Notes: a model not told the origin generated them from the letters alone. Positions 48,766-58,908 are shown, numbered from the stretch's first letter. The stretch is 64,000 bases of DNA from Bdellovibrionales bacterium (GCA_031426555.1 JANPLN010000031.1:1-64000), one strand, 5' to 3'. Numbers and translations are program-made.

Positions 48766-50400
48766 TTAAACTTTTCTCGGCAAAAGATTGTAAGGGTCAG
48801 AATCCTTTAAAAGCGAATAAACATGGTTCGACATCAATCCCACGATGCGACGGTACTCTCCCAAAAGATCTAAATGGATGGACGAGGTATTGATGGACTC
48901 TTGACTGCCCTTCACCAAGCGCGAGATATGCGCCTCACGCATTTTTTGCTCCATCTTACGCGCATCGCGCTTAAGATAAATCACCTTGGCTGCAAGATCT
49001 TTATCTCGCGTTTGAAAGCAGGCTATGGACATGCTCGAAATGCGAATGGCCATTTCGGCCATTTCACACAGATCCTGCCAACCCTCTTCGGGAAAGACAA
49101 CTTTCAGATGATGAGTCTTGTTGGCGAGTTCGATGATTTGATTGTCCACCACATCGGCCGCCGCCTCGAGATCCGCAGAGTAGTTCATCAAACGAATCAT
49201 ATCGAGTTGAATCGAGGTCGGCGCCTGCTCTAGCTGTTGCGCAAGATACAAATTGAGCTCCCGCGAAAGCATGTCGGTCTGATCGTCACGCTTGCGAATA
49301 CTGGCCACCAAATCTGGCTCGGACTTTTTAACAATTTTTAAAGAGTCCACAATCATACTCGACACAATATCAGACATCCGTAACATCTCACGCTCGGCGT
49401 GGGCCACCGACACCGATGGCGACTCCCAATCGGTTTTCTTTAAAAACTGAGCCGAAAATTCTTTTTCCTCCTCTGTAGGCGGAAAAAGTTTTTGGATGTA
49501 AGCCGCGCCTTGATTGATCCACGGATAAAACATGATGGCGGCTACACAGTTGTAAAACGTATTGATATTTGCCACATCTCGCAAAGGTTCGCCCACGGCC
49601 AACCACTCCGCCATGGGTCGAGCCATGGGCAGAAACACAATCACCCCGACGACTTTGTAAAAACAATGGGCCCATGCAACTTGTCGCCCAATGGTATTGG
49701 CTCCTGCTGAGGCTAATAGCGCGGTTGCTGTCGTTCCTATATTCGCACCGAAGATCCAGTAAATACTATCCTCTATGGGAATCAATCCTTGCGCCGTAAA
49801 CGTCATCGCCAATCCAATGGTGACTGCGCTGGAATGAACAATGGCCGTAAATATACTGGTGACGAGAATAGCGAGAGCTGGTGTTTCCACCAGCGCATCC
49901 AGTACTATTTTAAACCCTTGATTCATCGCCAAGTTTTGTGTGCTCTCGCGAATGAGGTCTAAACCCCAAAACAACATGCCTACGCCCATCAACGCAGTCA
50001 TAGCTTCTTTTAAGGCTCTTCGCTTCGTTAAAAACTGTACAAAAAAGCCAAGTACAAAGATAGCGAGGCCGTACTTACTGATGTTAAAACTTAAGACCTG
50101 CACTGTGAACGTCGAGCCAATGGCCGTTCCAAGAATCAAACTCATCACTTGTGCCAGGTTAATAACCTTTGCAGCTCCAAGACCAACCAGCATGGAGGTC
50201 ACCGCCCCCGAACTCTGAAAGATCATGGTGAGTCCCATGCCTAAAAATACACCCCAGTAAGGTTTTTTGGATAAAATGCGAATGGTGTCGCGAATTCTTT
50301 CCGCTGAGAGAGCCTGCAAGTTTTCGCTGACAATATTTAAACCGAAAATAAAAATGGCGACCCCACCAAAAAAATACAATAAAGCGCTATGTTCCATCAT
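48766..50400 (-). CDS. Na/Pi cotransporter family protein with PhoU-like C-terminus
   Basis: QSSGA and HSSA repeats, GANIGTT, TSSIHLD. Confidence 0.9.
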   Translation of the reverse strand: MMEHSALLYFFGGVAIFIFGLNIVSENLQALSAERIRDTIRILSKKPYWGVFLGMGLTMIFQSSGAVTSMLVGLGAAKVINLAQVMSLILGTAIGSTFTVQVLSFNISKYGLAIFVLGFFVQFLTKRRALKEAMTALMGVGMLFWGLDLIRESTQNLAMNQGFKIVLDALVETPALAILVTSIFTAIVHSSAVTIGLAMTFTAQGLIPIEDSIYWIFGANIGTTATALLASAGANTIGRQVAWAHCFYKVVGVIVFLPMARPMAEWLAVGEPLRDVANINTFYNCVAAIMFYPWINQGAAYIQKLFPPTEEEKEFSAQFLKKTDWESPSVSVAHAEREMLRMSDIVSSMIVDSLKIVKKSEPDLVASIRKRDDQTDMLSRELNLYLAQQLEQAPTSIQLDMIRLMNYSADLEAAADVVDNQIIELANKTHHLKVVFPEEGWQDLCEMAEMAIRISSMSIACFQTRDKDLAAKVIYLKRDARKMEQKMREAHISRLVKGSQESINTSSIHLDLLGEYRRIVGLMSNHVYSLLKDSDPYNLLPRKV

Positions 50401-52070
50401 TTTGGACTCCTAACGCCGGGATCTAAAAATAAATCTTGGGGTCGACGTAAAAAATGTTTGGTCACGCTCCAAACGAGCTTTCGTCCCTGGGAGAATTTTA
50501 ATTTTCGCGATTGCATGGCCACCGTTAGCGAGAGCGAAAAACTCACTGCCAAATTCACCAGCCCCATCACAAAAATACTGATGGCGATGACGGCGAAGTC
50601 GGCCCAAGCCATTCTCTCCGGCTGGTGGATCCAACCAATTCCAAAGGCCGCTGAGGCAAAAGTGACGTGACGAATATCTAAAGGTAAGCCCACGATGCGC
50701 CCCACTGATGGCATTCCACCGAGCATAAAACCCAAAACTACATTCCCCGTGATGATGCCAAAATTGGCTTTCACCCAGCGGGAAATCGCAGCGCCTCGGC
50801 CGCCGCCAATGGAGTGACGCAAACGATAGGCAATGCGCTGATAGGAAAACCAATTGTCTGCCAGTCCAGCAACCAACCCAGCCATAAACAAACACACACC
50901 GGCAATGGCAGCATACATAAACGACAAGCTCCAAAAGGGATGCAAGTCTTCCACTAAAATTTTTGCTTTATCAAAACCAGCAAGTGGATGTTCGGCCACT
51001 AAAAAGGGGAACACCAACAAAATGGCTAGGGGAAATGCAAAGATATAATTTCCCAAAAGAGCGGCAATCTGCGTTCGCAGCAAACGGACGATGGTGCTCG
51101 TCACTTTTGCGAAGGACTCCTCAGACTCGTCAACGTTGCCAAGCTCGCCAGCGATGGTCGACGCGGTCATGGCAGGCTGTTTTGTTGCCAGCACGCCACC
51201 GACTAAATGAATCACCACAAATCCCGCAGCATAGATGGAGCCGAAAATAAAAAATTGAATCATGGGCGGATAGGAAAGTTTTGAGGCAATCACCTTAAGA
51301 AAGGCGAGAACGGCGACGACCATGGCACCCTTGATGGCTTTCCACCACATGTGCCCCAACTCTTTGCGAGTGGAGCTAATATAGGATTCACCGGTGCTGC
51401 TTGTGATGAGCGTCACTTGATAGGCCAAACGCTCTATGTTTAAAATAAAAAAGTCGCGAATTTTGAAGGAGTCTCGGTTCTGCTGCCAAATGGTTCGAAT
51501 CGCCGATAAAAATATATGCTTAAAACGCGGGCGGTGAATTTCTGCAAGAAGATTGCAGAGACAATCAGCTCTCGTCAGTAGCTCCTCAATCACAATCAGT
51601 TTGTAAGTGAGACTGATCGAAGTGCCCTGCTCCGCATGCAAACTCCGAATGTATTCCAAAATGTCGCGAACCTTTTCTAACTCTTTGCGAATCTCTTGGT
51701 CGCCCGGAGTGTAGAGTCCGAGTTTCAAGAAAACTTCCAAAAGATCTTTTCGGTCATTAAATTTTTCTGCGATCAGCGGATCCAAGCCCAGTCCCGCCAC
51801 TCTCAACATTAAAATATGGCAAGCTTCAAAAAGCTGCGGCTCCAGCGCATCCATATCTTCGCTCTGCAGATCAGGGAAGGCAAAGATCTCTTCATCTTCA
51901 GGAGAGGGAAAATTTTCTTCTAAAAAACGTACCACATCTTGCCCGCTGCGAAGTTTGGGCAACCAGCGCTCCTGCAGGCGGCGGCTCAATTCGGCAAAAA
52001 AGCTGGTTTCCTTGGTCAATCCCACCTGCGAAAAGAACCATACAAAATTTAAATCCTGAATCTTACGCAT
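50397..52070 (-). CDS. Gcr ('site-specific recombinase') family membrane protein
   Basis: TGESYI, LATKQPAMTA, GLPLDIRHVTF, VNLAVSFSL; many TM helices. Confidence 0.8.
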   Translation of the reverse strand: MRKIQDLNFVWFFSQVGLTKETSFFAELSRRLQERWLPKLRSGQDVVRFLEENFPSPEDEEIFAFPDLQSEDMDALEPQLFEACHILMLRVAGLGLDPLIAEKFNDRKDLLEVFLKLGLYTPGDQEIRKELEKVRDILEYIRSLHAEQGTSISLTYKLIVIEELLTRADCLCNLLAEIHRPRFKHIFLSAIRTIWQQNRDSFKIRDFFILNIERLAYQVTLITSSTGESYISSTRKELGHMWWKAIKGAMVVAVLAFLKVIASKLSYPPMIQFFIFGSIYAAGFVVIHLVGGVLATKQPAMTASTIAGELGNVDESEESFAKVTSTIVRLLRTQIAALLGNYIFAFPLAILLVFPFLVAEHPLAGFDKAKILVEDLHPFWSLSFMYAAIAGVCLFMAGLVAGLADNWFSYQRIAYRLRHSIGGGRGAAISRWVKANFGIITGNVVLGFMLGGMPSVGRIVGLPLDIRHVTFASAAFGIGWIHQPERMAWADFAVIAISIFVMGLVNLAVSFSLSLTVAMQSRKLKFSQGRKLVWSVTKHFLRRPQDLFLDPGVRSPK

Positions 52071-52216
52071 GCAAAAAGTATAGGCGCACGCAAATCAAGA
52101 GTCACTTTTTACTGTTGGGTCAACTCATGCAAGGTGTCACTTACTTTTACCCTTGCCCCGATTCAGGTGTTTGGACAGGATCTGATTTAAACCAAAGGAC
52201 CTCAAAGGAGATTCCA

Positions 52217-52603
52217 ATGAAAACAATTTTAATGTTTCTGATTCTGACCCCCAGCCTCGTTTTCGCGCAAAAAGTGGATATGAAAGACATAGAAACTGGC
52301 GACGAAGAAACCACCATTTCCATCAGTAAAGGCAAAAAATCTGCGACTGACAAATCCTGCGATCCGATTTGGGAAGTTGCCGAAGGCAATGCAGACATCT
52401 CCGGCGACTCCACAATTATGGCAAAAGACGCCAATCAATCGTGGAAAAAGGCTTGCGAAAAGTGGGAAAAAGATTTTCGCAAAGATAACAAGGAAAACAA
52501 AATTCTCAGCGTCAGTTGTGGCAAAGCGGATTGCACGACGGATGCCGCTGGCAAGGTTTGTACGTCCAAGGCGAACTACAAACTCAAAACAAAACTTAAT
52601 TAA
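52217..52603 (+). CDS. Secreted Cys-containing hypothetical protein
   Basis: AAGGAG RBS, signal peptide, five Cys. Confidence 0.7.
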   Translation: MKTILMFLILTPSLVFAQKVDMKDIETGDEETTISISKGKKSATDKSCDPIWEVAEGNADISGDSTIMAKDANQSWKKACEKWEKDFRKDNKENKILSVSCGKADCTTDAAGKVCTSKANYKLKTKLN

Positions 52604-52865
52604 TTTTTTTAATCAAATGGTAGCCAAAGCGAGATCGCACAATGGGTGAGATCTCGCCGATCGCAAGCTTACTTACCGCCTCCGAGAAGGCTTCATCCAA
52701 GCGGCCACTCTCCACCGGCCCCAAGTCGCCACCATTCGCAGCCGAACCGCACTTCGAAAAACGTCGTGCCAGGTCTAAAAAATCCGCGCCCTCATTGATC
52801 TTTTTGAGCAAATCCTCGGCTTCATACTGGTAAGTCACTAGAATATGCGATACATGTATTTTCAT
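52596..52865 (-). CDS. ppiC: Parvulin peptidyl-prolyl isomerase
   Basis: SHILV, LARRFSKC.S..NGGDLG, FGYHLIK. Confidence 0.9.
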   Translation of the reverse strand: MKIHVSHILVTYQYEAEDLLKKINEGADFLDLARRFSKCGSAANGGDLGPVESGRLDEAFSEAVSKLAIGEISPIVRSRFGYHLIKKIN

Positions 52866-54501
52866 GGTTCACTTATCCAATATCAGCAAGCAATATGGCA
52901 ATAAAGTTCTGTTTAAAAATGGACATTTTCAGATCAACCCCGGCGAAAAAATTGGTCTTGTGGGTCCCAATGGGGCTGGAAAATCCACTGTTTTTCGATT
53001 GATCATGGGCGAGGAATCGCCGGATGAGGGACAAATAGCAAAGCCGCAAAAAACGGTGATTGGCTATTTTTCGCAAAATATCGAGGAGATGAGTGGCAAA
53101 ACAGTGCTCGAAGAAGTGCTTTCCGCCAATGGCAACCTCCCTAAAATCGAAGCTCGGCTTAAAGTTCTCGAAGTAAAGCTTGCCGAACCCCTCGACGAAA
53201 ACGAAATGACAAAAGTCCTCGAAGAGTACGGCGAATTACAAAGTCAGTTTGAACAGCAAGGTGGGTACGAAGCAGAAGCCCGTGCCAAAGAGGTTCTTTC
53301 GGGCCTCGGGATCCCCGCCTCTGAGCAAGTTCGCGATACGTCCACATTCAGTGGTGGTTGGAAAATGCGAATTGCACTGGCAAAAATTCTGGTCTTGCAA
53401 CCCGATGTTTTGCTAATGGATGAGCCTACAAACCATTTGGACATGGAATCTATTCTGTGGCTTGAACAGTGGTTGGCGGCTTTTAAAGGCTCGATTCTTA
53501 TGACAAGCCATGATCGTGAATTTATGAATCGTCTTGTTGCAAAAATTGTCGAAGTGGCGTTTCAATCCATCACTGTTTATTCCGGCAACTACGACTTTTA
53601 CGAAAAAGAAAAGGTCTTGCGGAAAGATCAACTCTTAGCCGCGTCTCGCAGACAAGAAGAAATGTTGGCTAAAGAAAAAGATTTTATTGCACGGTTTGCA
53701 GCTCGCGCCTCCCATGCCGCACAGGTGCAGTCGCGAGTGAAAAAAATCGATAAAATTGACATCATCGCCATTCCCGAAGAGGAAGATATCATTCATTTTA
53801 CTTGGCCCCAGTCCCCGCGCGGAGGAGATGAGGTTCTCAAATTTGAAAATCTAAAAAAGATTTGGACCACTCACGACGACAAAGAAAAACTTGTGTTCGA
53901 AGGCGCCTCGGCCTTGGTAAAGCGGCAAGATCGAGTGGCTGTTGTCGGCGTGAATGGTGCTGGTAAATCCACACTCATGAAGGTTGTCACTGGCCAAGCC
54001 GAGCCCAGTGGAGGAACTTACCAAATTGGCGCGAGCATCGAAGTTGGTTATTTTAGCCAAAACTCCATCGACATTCTCAATCCCGATCTTACAATTTTCG
54101 ACGAGCTCGCTAACCGAAACCCCGGCGCCACCGTGGGCCACATCCGCAACCTTTTAGGGGCGCTCAAGTTTTCTGGCGACGAAGTGGACAAACGAATTGG
54201 TATTCTCTCTGGAGGCGAAAAAAGTCGCGTTGTGCTAGCAATCATCCTCTCACGCCCGGTGAATTTTTTAGTTCTCGATGAGCCAACAAACCATTTAGAC
54301 ATCGACTCTCGCGAAGTTCTGCTTGATGCCATCAAACGCTTCACCGGAACTGTCATGATCGTAAGCCATGATCGGCACTTTTTAAAAGCCATCACCACGA
54401 AGGTCTTTGAGCTTGATAAAAGCCAACTGACAGTCGTCGAGGGAACGTGGGATTACTACATCGAAAAACGCGGGCACCAGCTCTTTGCCCGCGAGCATTG
54501 A
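52864..54501 (+). CDS. ABC-F family ATPase
   Basis: GPNGAGKS, FSGGWKMR, DEPTNHLD twice, FIARF linker. Confidence 0.93.
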   Translation: MVHLSNISKQYGNKVLFKNGHFQINPGEKIGLVGPNGAGKSTVFRLIMGEESPDEGQIAKPQKTVIGYFSQNIEEMSGKTVLEEVLSANGNLPKIEARLKVLEVKLAEPLDENEMTKVLEEYGELQSQFEQQGGYEAEARAKEVLSGLGIPASEQVRDTSTFSGGWKMRIALAKILVLQPDVLLMDEPTNHLDMESILWLEQWLAAFKGSILMTSHDREFMNRLVAKIVEVAFQSITVYSGNYDFYEKEKVLRKDQLLAASRRQEEMLAKEKDFIARFAARASHAAQVQSRVKKIDKIDIIAIPEEEDIIHFTWPQSPRGGDEVLKFENLKKIWTTHDDKEKLVFEGASALVKRQDRVAVVGVNGAGKSTLMKVVTGQAEPSGGTYQIGASIEVGYFSQNSIDILNPDLTIFDELANRNPGATVGHIRNLLGALKFSGDEVDKRIGILSGGEKSRVVLAIILSRPVNFLVLDEPTNHLDIDSREVLLDAIKRFTGTVMIVSHDRHFLKAITTKVFELDKSQLTVVEGTWDYYIEKRGHQLFAREH

Positions 54502-54508
54502 GCCAAAA

Positions 54509-54985
54509 ATGGCTAAAGAAAAAAACTATATCACTCCCCCAGGTTTTCAGAAACTTCGCGACGAGTACTCGGAACTATTAACGGTAGAACGACCAAAACT
54601 TGTCGAAGTGATTGCCTGGGCGGCTAGCAACGGAGATCGCAGCGAGAACGCAGACTACATTTACGGCAAACGCCGCCTCCGCCAAATTGACGGCCGACTG
54701 CACTTTCTACAGGACAAACTCGAGCGAGCGGAAGTTATCGACCCGAAACAACTCAGCGGAACCAAAGTCATCTTCGGCGCCACAGTCACGATCTCCGACG
54801 AAGACGGCAACACCCTCGTCTACCAAATCGTCGGCCAAGACGAGTTCGACATCAAACAAAACAAGGTTTCGTGGAAGTCCCCCGTCGCCGCCGCACTCCT
54901 CGGCAAAAAAGTCGGCGACGAAGTGGTGATCAAAAAGCCCGACAGCCAGATGATCGTTTGCATCGAAAAGATCGAATTTGTTTGA
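54509..54985 (+). CDS. greB: Transcription elongation factor GreB
   Basis: NYITPPG, WAASNGDRSENADYIYGKRRLR. Confidence 0.95.
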   Translation: MAKEKNYITPPGFQKLRDEYSELLTVERPKLVEVIAWAASNGDRSENADYIYGKRRLRQIDGRLHFLQDKLERAEVIDPKQLSGTKVIFGATVTISDEDGNTLVYQIVGQDEFDIKQNKVSWKSPVAAALLGKKVGDEVVIKKPDSQMIVCIEKIEFV

Positions 54986-55156
54986 ATTTAATTAGTTTTA
55001 GAAATTCCTTGAGAAATTTTGAATGCCTCTTTTCGGACGCGCCCCTCCATGGGCTCAACTGCAACCCGTCCAAGGTCACAGAGGTCCGAAAAGAGGCATT
55101 CAAAATTTCTCAAGGAATTTCTAAAACTAATTAAATTCAAACAAATTTGATCTTTT
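54966..55156. repeat. Long inverted repeat, 73-bp arms and 45-nt loop
   Basis: 54966-55038 versus 55084-55156 are reverse complements with one mismatch (inner 64 bp perfect). Confidence 0.95.
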
Positions 55157-55196
55157 GGAACATGACAATGTCTATCACCGCTGCCATACTTTTTGT

Positions 55197-56123
55197 ATGG
55201 CAGCAAAAAAAATATTTCCACTCGAAAATTTTATCGTTGAAGCGCAAAAAGTAATTGTTGGCAAGGAGCAGGAGCTGAAGCTTTCGCTTTGTTGTTTGCT
55301 AGCTCGGGGGCATTTGTTAATTGAGGATTTGCCTGGGATGGGGAAAACCTCGTTTGTGCTTTTTCTTTCGCGAGTTTTGGATCTTCCTCATAAGCGGGTG
55401 CAGTTTACCAATGATCTTTTGCCGGCTGATATTATTGGGACGCAGATTTTGTCGGAGGATCGTAAATCGTTTCGCTTTCATCGTGGGCCTTTGTTTTCAG
55501 AGCTGGTGCTTGCCGATGAACTCAACCGTGGTACGCCTAAAACGCAAAGTGCTTTGTTGCAGGCCATGGAGGAGAAATCAGTCACCGTGGATGGCGAAAC
55601 CTTTGCTCTTCCTTCGCCGTTCTTTCTTATTGCTACGCAAAATCCTACTGAGCATGCGGGGGCGTTTCCGCTGCCGGAATCGCAACTGGATCGTTTTATG
55701 ATGCGGATCGAAATGGGTTATCCGCAGAAAAATGAAGAAGTCGAAATTTTACGGCGCGGTGACATTCGCAATAAAATTCAGGAGCTTCCGTCACTCATCA
55801 ATCGCCTGGAACTTTTGGACTTTCAAAAAGACGTGGATGCGGTTCAAAGCAGTGATGCCATTCTCAACTATGTGCAGGCGCTGCTTCAGACCACGCGCAC
55901 CTCTTCGCTTTTTAAAACTGGGCTTTCTCCCCGCTGTGGACTTTTACTTCTTCAGGCGGCCAAGGCCTGGGCCATGCTCGAAGGACGTTCAATGGTGCTT
56001 CCCGAGGATGTCAAAGCTGTCGCTCAAAGTGTTATGCATCACCGCCTGCAAAATACTCAGTCTCGACAAAACATGCAGGGCCTTATCGAGGAATTGATTA
56101 AAAATACCCCCGTACCCGTATGA
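55197..56123 (+). CDS. MoxR-family AAA+ ATPase
   Basis: HLLIEDLPGMGKT, RVQFTNDLLPAD, DELNR, ATQNP, LPESQLDRF. Confidence 0.93.
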   Translation: MAAKKIFPLENFIVEAQKVIVGKEQELKLSLCCLLARGHLLIEDLPGMGKTSFVLFLSRVLDLPHKRVQFTNDLLPADIIGTQILSEDRKSFRFHRGPLFSELVLADELNRGTPKTQSALLQAMEEKSVTVDGETFALPSPFFLIATQNPTEHAGAFPLPESQLDRFMMRIEMGYPQKNEEVEILRRGDIRNKIQELPSLINRLELLDFQKDVDAVQSSDAILNYVQALLQTTRTSSLFKTGLSPRCGLLLLQAAKAWAMLEGRSMVLPEDVKAVAQSVMHHRLQNTQSRQNMQGLIEELIKNTPVPV

Positions 56124-57016
56124 GGAAATTTTCGCTCCCCTATCGCAATAAACAGATTTTTATGATTCCCAATCGCTATGGGTTCGTCGCCATTTTTTTA
56201 TTTATTGTGTTTTCGCTGGTGGCAGCCACTTACTCAAACAATTTACTATTTTTGCTCGCCTTCGCCCACGTCAGTTTCATACTGGTTGGTATTTTGCAAA
56301 CGGCAAGAAACCTTAGGCACGTGGAAATCGGCACAGTGCAAATCCCTTCGGGCTTTCCCGGCGAGCGCGTGTCGGTGAATGTCGTACTATTACAAAAATC
56401 AAAATCTCTGAAAACTGGTTTGCTGATTCGCTGTGAAAAAAGCGAACTCCTTATCCCCGAGTTTGCAGCGCAGGATCAAAAAATCATAGCTTTGGACCTG
56501 GAGCTGCCACAAACCCGCGGCCAACATATTTTACGTCGCCTCCAGTTGAGTACCGAATCTCCCTACGGACTTTTTTATGGCTGGCTTTATTTTAAAGTGT
56601 CTGTTCCCCACTTTGTTTATCCTCAACCCGTGGGGCACTCACTCCCACAAACCCAGCAGAGTGAGGGGATCGATGAGTTTAGCGGGCTGAAGCCGTACCA
56701 AGCCGGAGATCCTCCGCAGCGAATTAGCTGGAAGCACTCATCGAAAACAGACCAGCTTGTAATCAAAGAATTTAGAGACACCAGCACGCCGACATATTTG
56801 CTCAACTGGGAGGACTGCCCTCAATCTGCGGACGAAGCGAAACTGCAACAACTCGCAAAATGGATTGTCGACTGCGAGGCCAGTCAGAATACCTACAAAC
56901 TTCAAATCCCAAACGCGGCTGCGCAGAATTCGTTCGATCGAGGATTTGCACACTTCCATCAATCACTCTTAAGCTTGGCCAAATGGAGCCCAACACCGGG
57001 GGATCCAACGCCATGA
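56120..57016 (+). CDS. DUF58 domain protein
   Basis: EFSGLKPYQAGDPPQRISWK..VIKEF. Confidence 0.85.
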   Translation: MRKFSLPYRNKQIFMIPNRYGFVAIFLFIVFSLVAATYSNNLLFLLAFAHVSFILVGILQTARNLRHVEIGTVQIPSGFPGERVSVNVVLLQKSKSLKTGLLIRCEKSELLIPEFAAQDQKIIALDLELPQTRGQHILRRLQLSTESPYGLFYGWLYFKVSVPHFVYPQPVGHSLPQTQQSEGIDEFSGLKPYQAGDPPQRISWKHSSKTDQLVIKEFRDTSTPTYLLNWEDCPQSADEAKLQQLAKWIVDCEASQNTYKLQIPNAAAQNSFDRGFAHFHQSLLSLAKWSPTPGDPTP

Positions 57017-58905
57017 TGTACGTCATGCTCCTCTGCAGTCTTGCACCGTTGCTCTATGAGTTACCCCTCTCGACCACAGGCATTTGCGCCACTCTTCTCT
57101 TGCTTTCGCTCAGTCAAACACCGCTTTCTTTTTGGGTTCTGCAAGGTCTCGCAGTTGCAACGGCAGCATTCGTTTATTTTTTAAATGAAACCTTTCAAAC
57201 CCCCGAGGCGGCAAGCTCACTCATCGCCTGTGCAGCTTGTTTAAAAGCCCTGAGCTCTAAAACACATAGGGATCAGATGATTCTTCTTATGATCAATCTT
57301 TTATTAGTGATGTGCTACGTGCTGTTTGCTCAAACATTGCTTTCAACCATGTTACTTTTTGTTAACTATCTCATTTTTATTTTGCGATTGTTCAATTTGC
57401 AAAAACAAAAACTCGGACTGCCGTCAACAGCATTAAACTTTAAGCAACTCCTCAGTCCCGAAACCTTGATCGCACTTCCTCTTTTGATTGCCCTCTTCAT
57501 TTTTTTTCCACGCTTTACCACACCCTGGGGAGGCATGGGCTCCACGGCAGCCAATCAAGTGATGGGATTTTCGGAGGACTTAAATCCCGGTCAAATCCAA
57601 AGCTTGGCAGAGTCCGAAAATATTGCTTTTCGAATTATTTTTAAAAATAACTTACAACCGAACCCCGAGTTTCTCTACTTTCGCGGCGCCGTGCTTCTAC
57701 AAAACAAGGAATGGAGTTGGAAAAACGCCAATCGCCAACTGAAACTCGTCCCACCCAACCCATTAAGCTCCGACGCAAGCTACGAGATCTTGCTCGAGCC
57801 GCGCTTCGACAAAATACTTTTCACACTGGATTCCACGCAGCAAATCGCTCTGCAACCGGAGCACTTGTCATTTTCAAAATCGGACGATGGAGAGTTTAAC
57901 CTTCGCTGGTCTGCTCAGAGTAAAATAAAAATCAACGGACTCCTTGGACCTAACGAGGGACCCATCCCGCTCAACGACGAAAAGAGCGACGTCTTACAAA
58001 CAGCCACCGCAATAACTCCGCAAATGCAGCAACTCGTTGATTCCTTCAAAAACAAAACCGAAAATGAAAAACTTAAAAGCCTGCTCAGTTTTTTTGGCAC
58101 CAACGACTTTAAATATTCCACACAAACTCCCGCCTACGCTTCGATCAACGATTTTTTATTCGGCGAACGAATTGGTTTTTGCGAGCACTTTTCCGCCTCC
58201 TTCGCCGTGCTTGCGCGACTTGCAGGACTTCCAGCGAGGGTGGTGACCGGTTTTCAAGGCGCAGAGTACAACAGTTTTGGTTCGTTCTATGTGGTAAGAG
58301 ATAAACACGCCCATGCCTGGAATGAAGTGTATTTGTCAGCAAAGGGATGGACCCGGGTCGACGTTACTGACCTAGTCGCTCCTGCGCGAATTCGCGGCGG
58401 CGCCCTTTTTAACAAACAAAGTGATTCTCTGCTTTTGCCAAAAAGCCTTGGTTTTATTGAAAGAGGCATCATGGCCTGGGATGCCGTTAACAATCGGTTC
58501 AACTTAATGCTGATGAACTATAATTTGGAAAATCAAGTGGCCCTTGTGGAGCAGTTTTCACTTTCAAAAATTGGTTTAACGTCTGTGTCTCGCGTGTTCT
58601 TTGTCGTCGTTGCCCTCTTTTTGATTCTTTTCTGGGGCGTTTCTCTGGGTAATAAAGTCACCCGCGACGACACGGCAAAGGGTTACCTCTTGCTCAATCA
58701 AAAAATACAAAAATTAGGCATCCACCGAGCGATCCACGAGGGGCCTAACGACTTGCGTAACAGTCTGCTGAAACTTTCAGAACCTCCGCGAAAAGTTCTC
58801 GAGCTTTTAGACCGTTACATCGTTTTACGATTCGGGTCTAATGCATCACCCCGCGAGGCCAAACGCTTTTATAAAGACGCGAAAGCACTCAAAGTGTATA
58901 AATAG
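57013..58905 (+). CDS. TgpA-like membrane transglutaminase-family protein (DUF3488 + TGc)
   Basis: GFCEHFS, PARVVTGFQG, HAHAWNEV, W.RVD triad; N-terminal TM helices. Confidence 0.88.
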   Translation: MMYVMLLCSLAPLLYELPLSTTGICATLLLLSLSQTPLSFWVLQGLAVATAAFVYFLNETFQTPEAASSLIACAACLKALSSKTHRDQMILLMINLLLVMCYVLFAQTLLSTMLLFVNYLIFILRLFNLQKQKLGLPSTALNFKQLLSPETLIALPLLIALFIFFPRFTTPWGGMGSTAANQVMGFSEDLNPGQIQSLAESENIAFRIIFKNNLQPNPEFLYFRGAVLLQNKEWSWKNANRQLKLVPPNPLSSDASYEILLEPRFDKILFTLDSTQQIALQPEHLSFSKSDDGEFNLRWSAQSKIKINGLLGPNEGPIPLNDEKSDVLQTATAITPQMQQLVDSFKNKTENEKLKSLLSFFGTNDFKYSTQTPAYASINDFLFGERIGFCEHFSASFAVLARLAGLPARVVTGFQGAEYNSFGSFYVVRDKHAHAWNEVYLSAKGWTRVDVTDLVAPARIRGGALFNKQSDSLLLPKSLGFIERGIMAWDAVNNRFNLMLMNYNLENQVALVEQFSLSKIGLTSVSRVFFVVVALFLILFWGVSLGNKVTRDDTAKGYLLLNQKIQKLGIHRAIHEGPNDLRNSLLKLSEPPRKVLELLDRYIVLRFGSNASPREAKRFYKDAKALKVYK

Positions 58906-58908
58906 CCC

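Noticed and set aside
50397..52070. True site-specific recombinase
   Set aside because: Family name only; the protein is polytopic membrane with no Tyr or Ser recombinase motifs.
54871..55221. ORFs 54871..55134 (+) and 54988..55221 (-) sharing identical peptides
   Set aside because: By-products of the inverted repeat, not genes.
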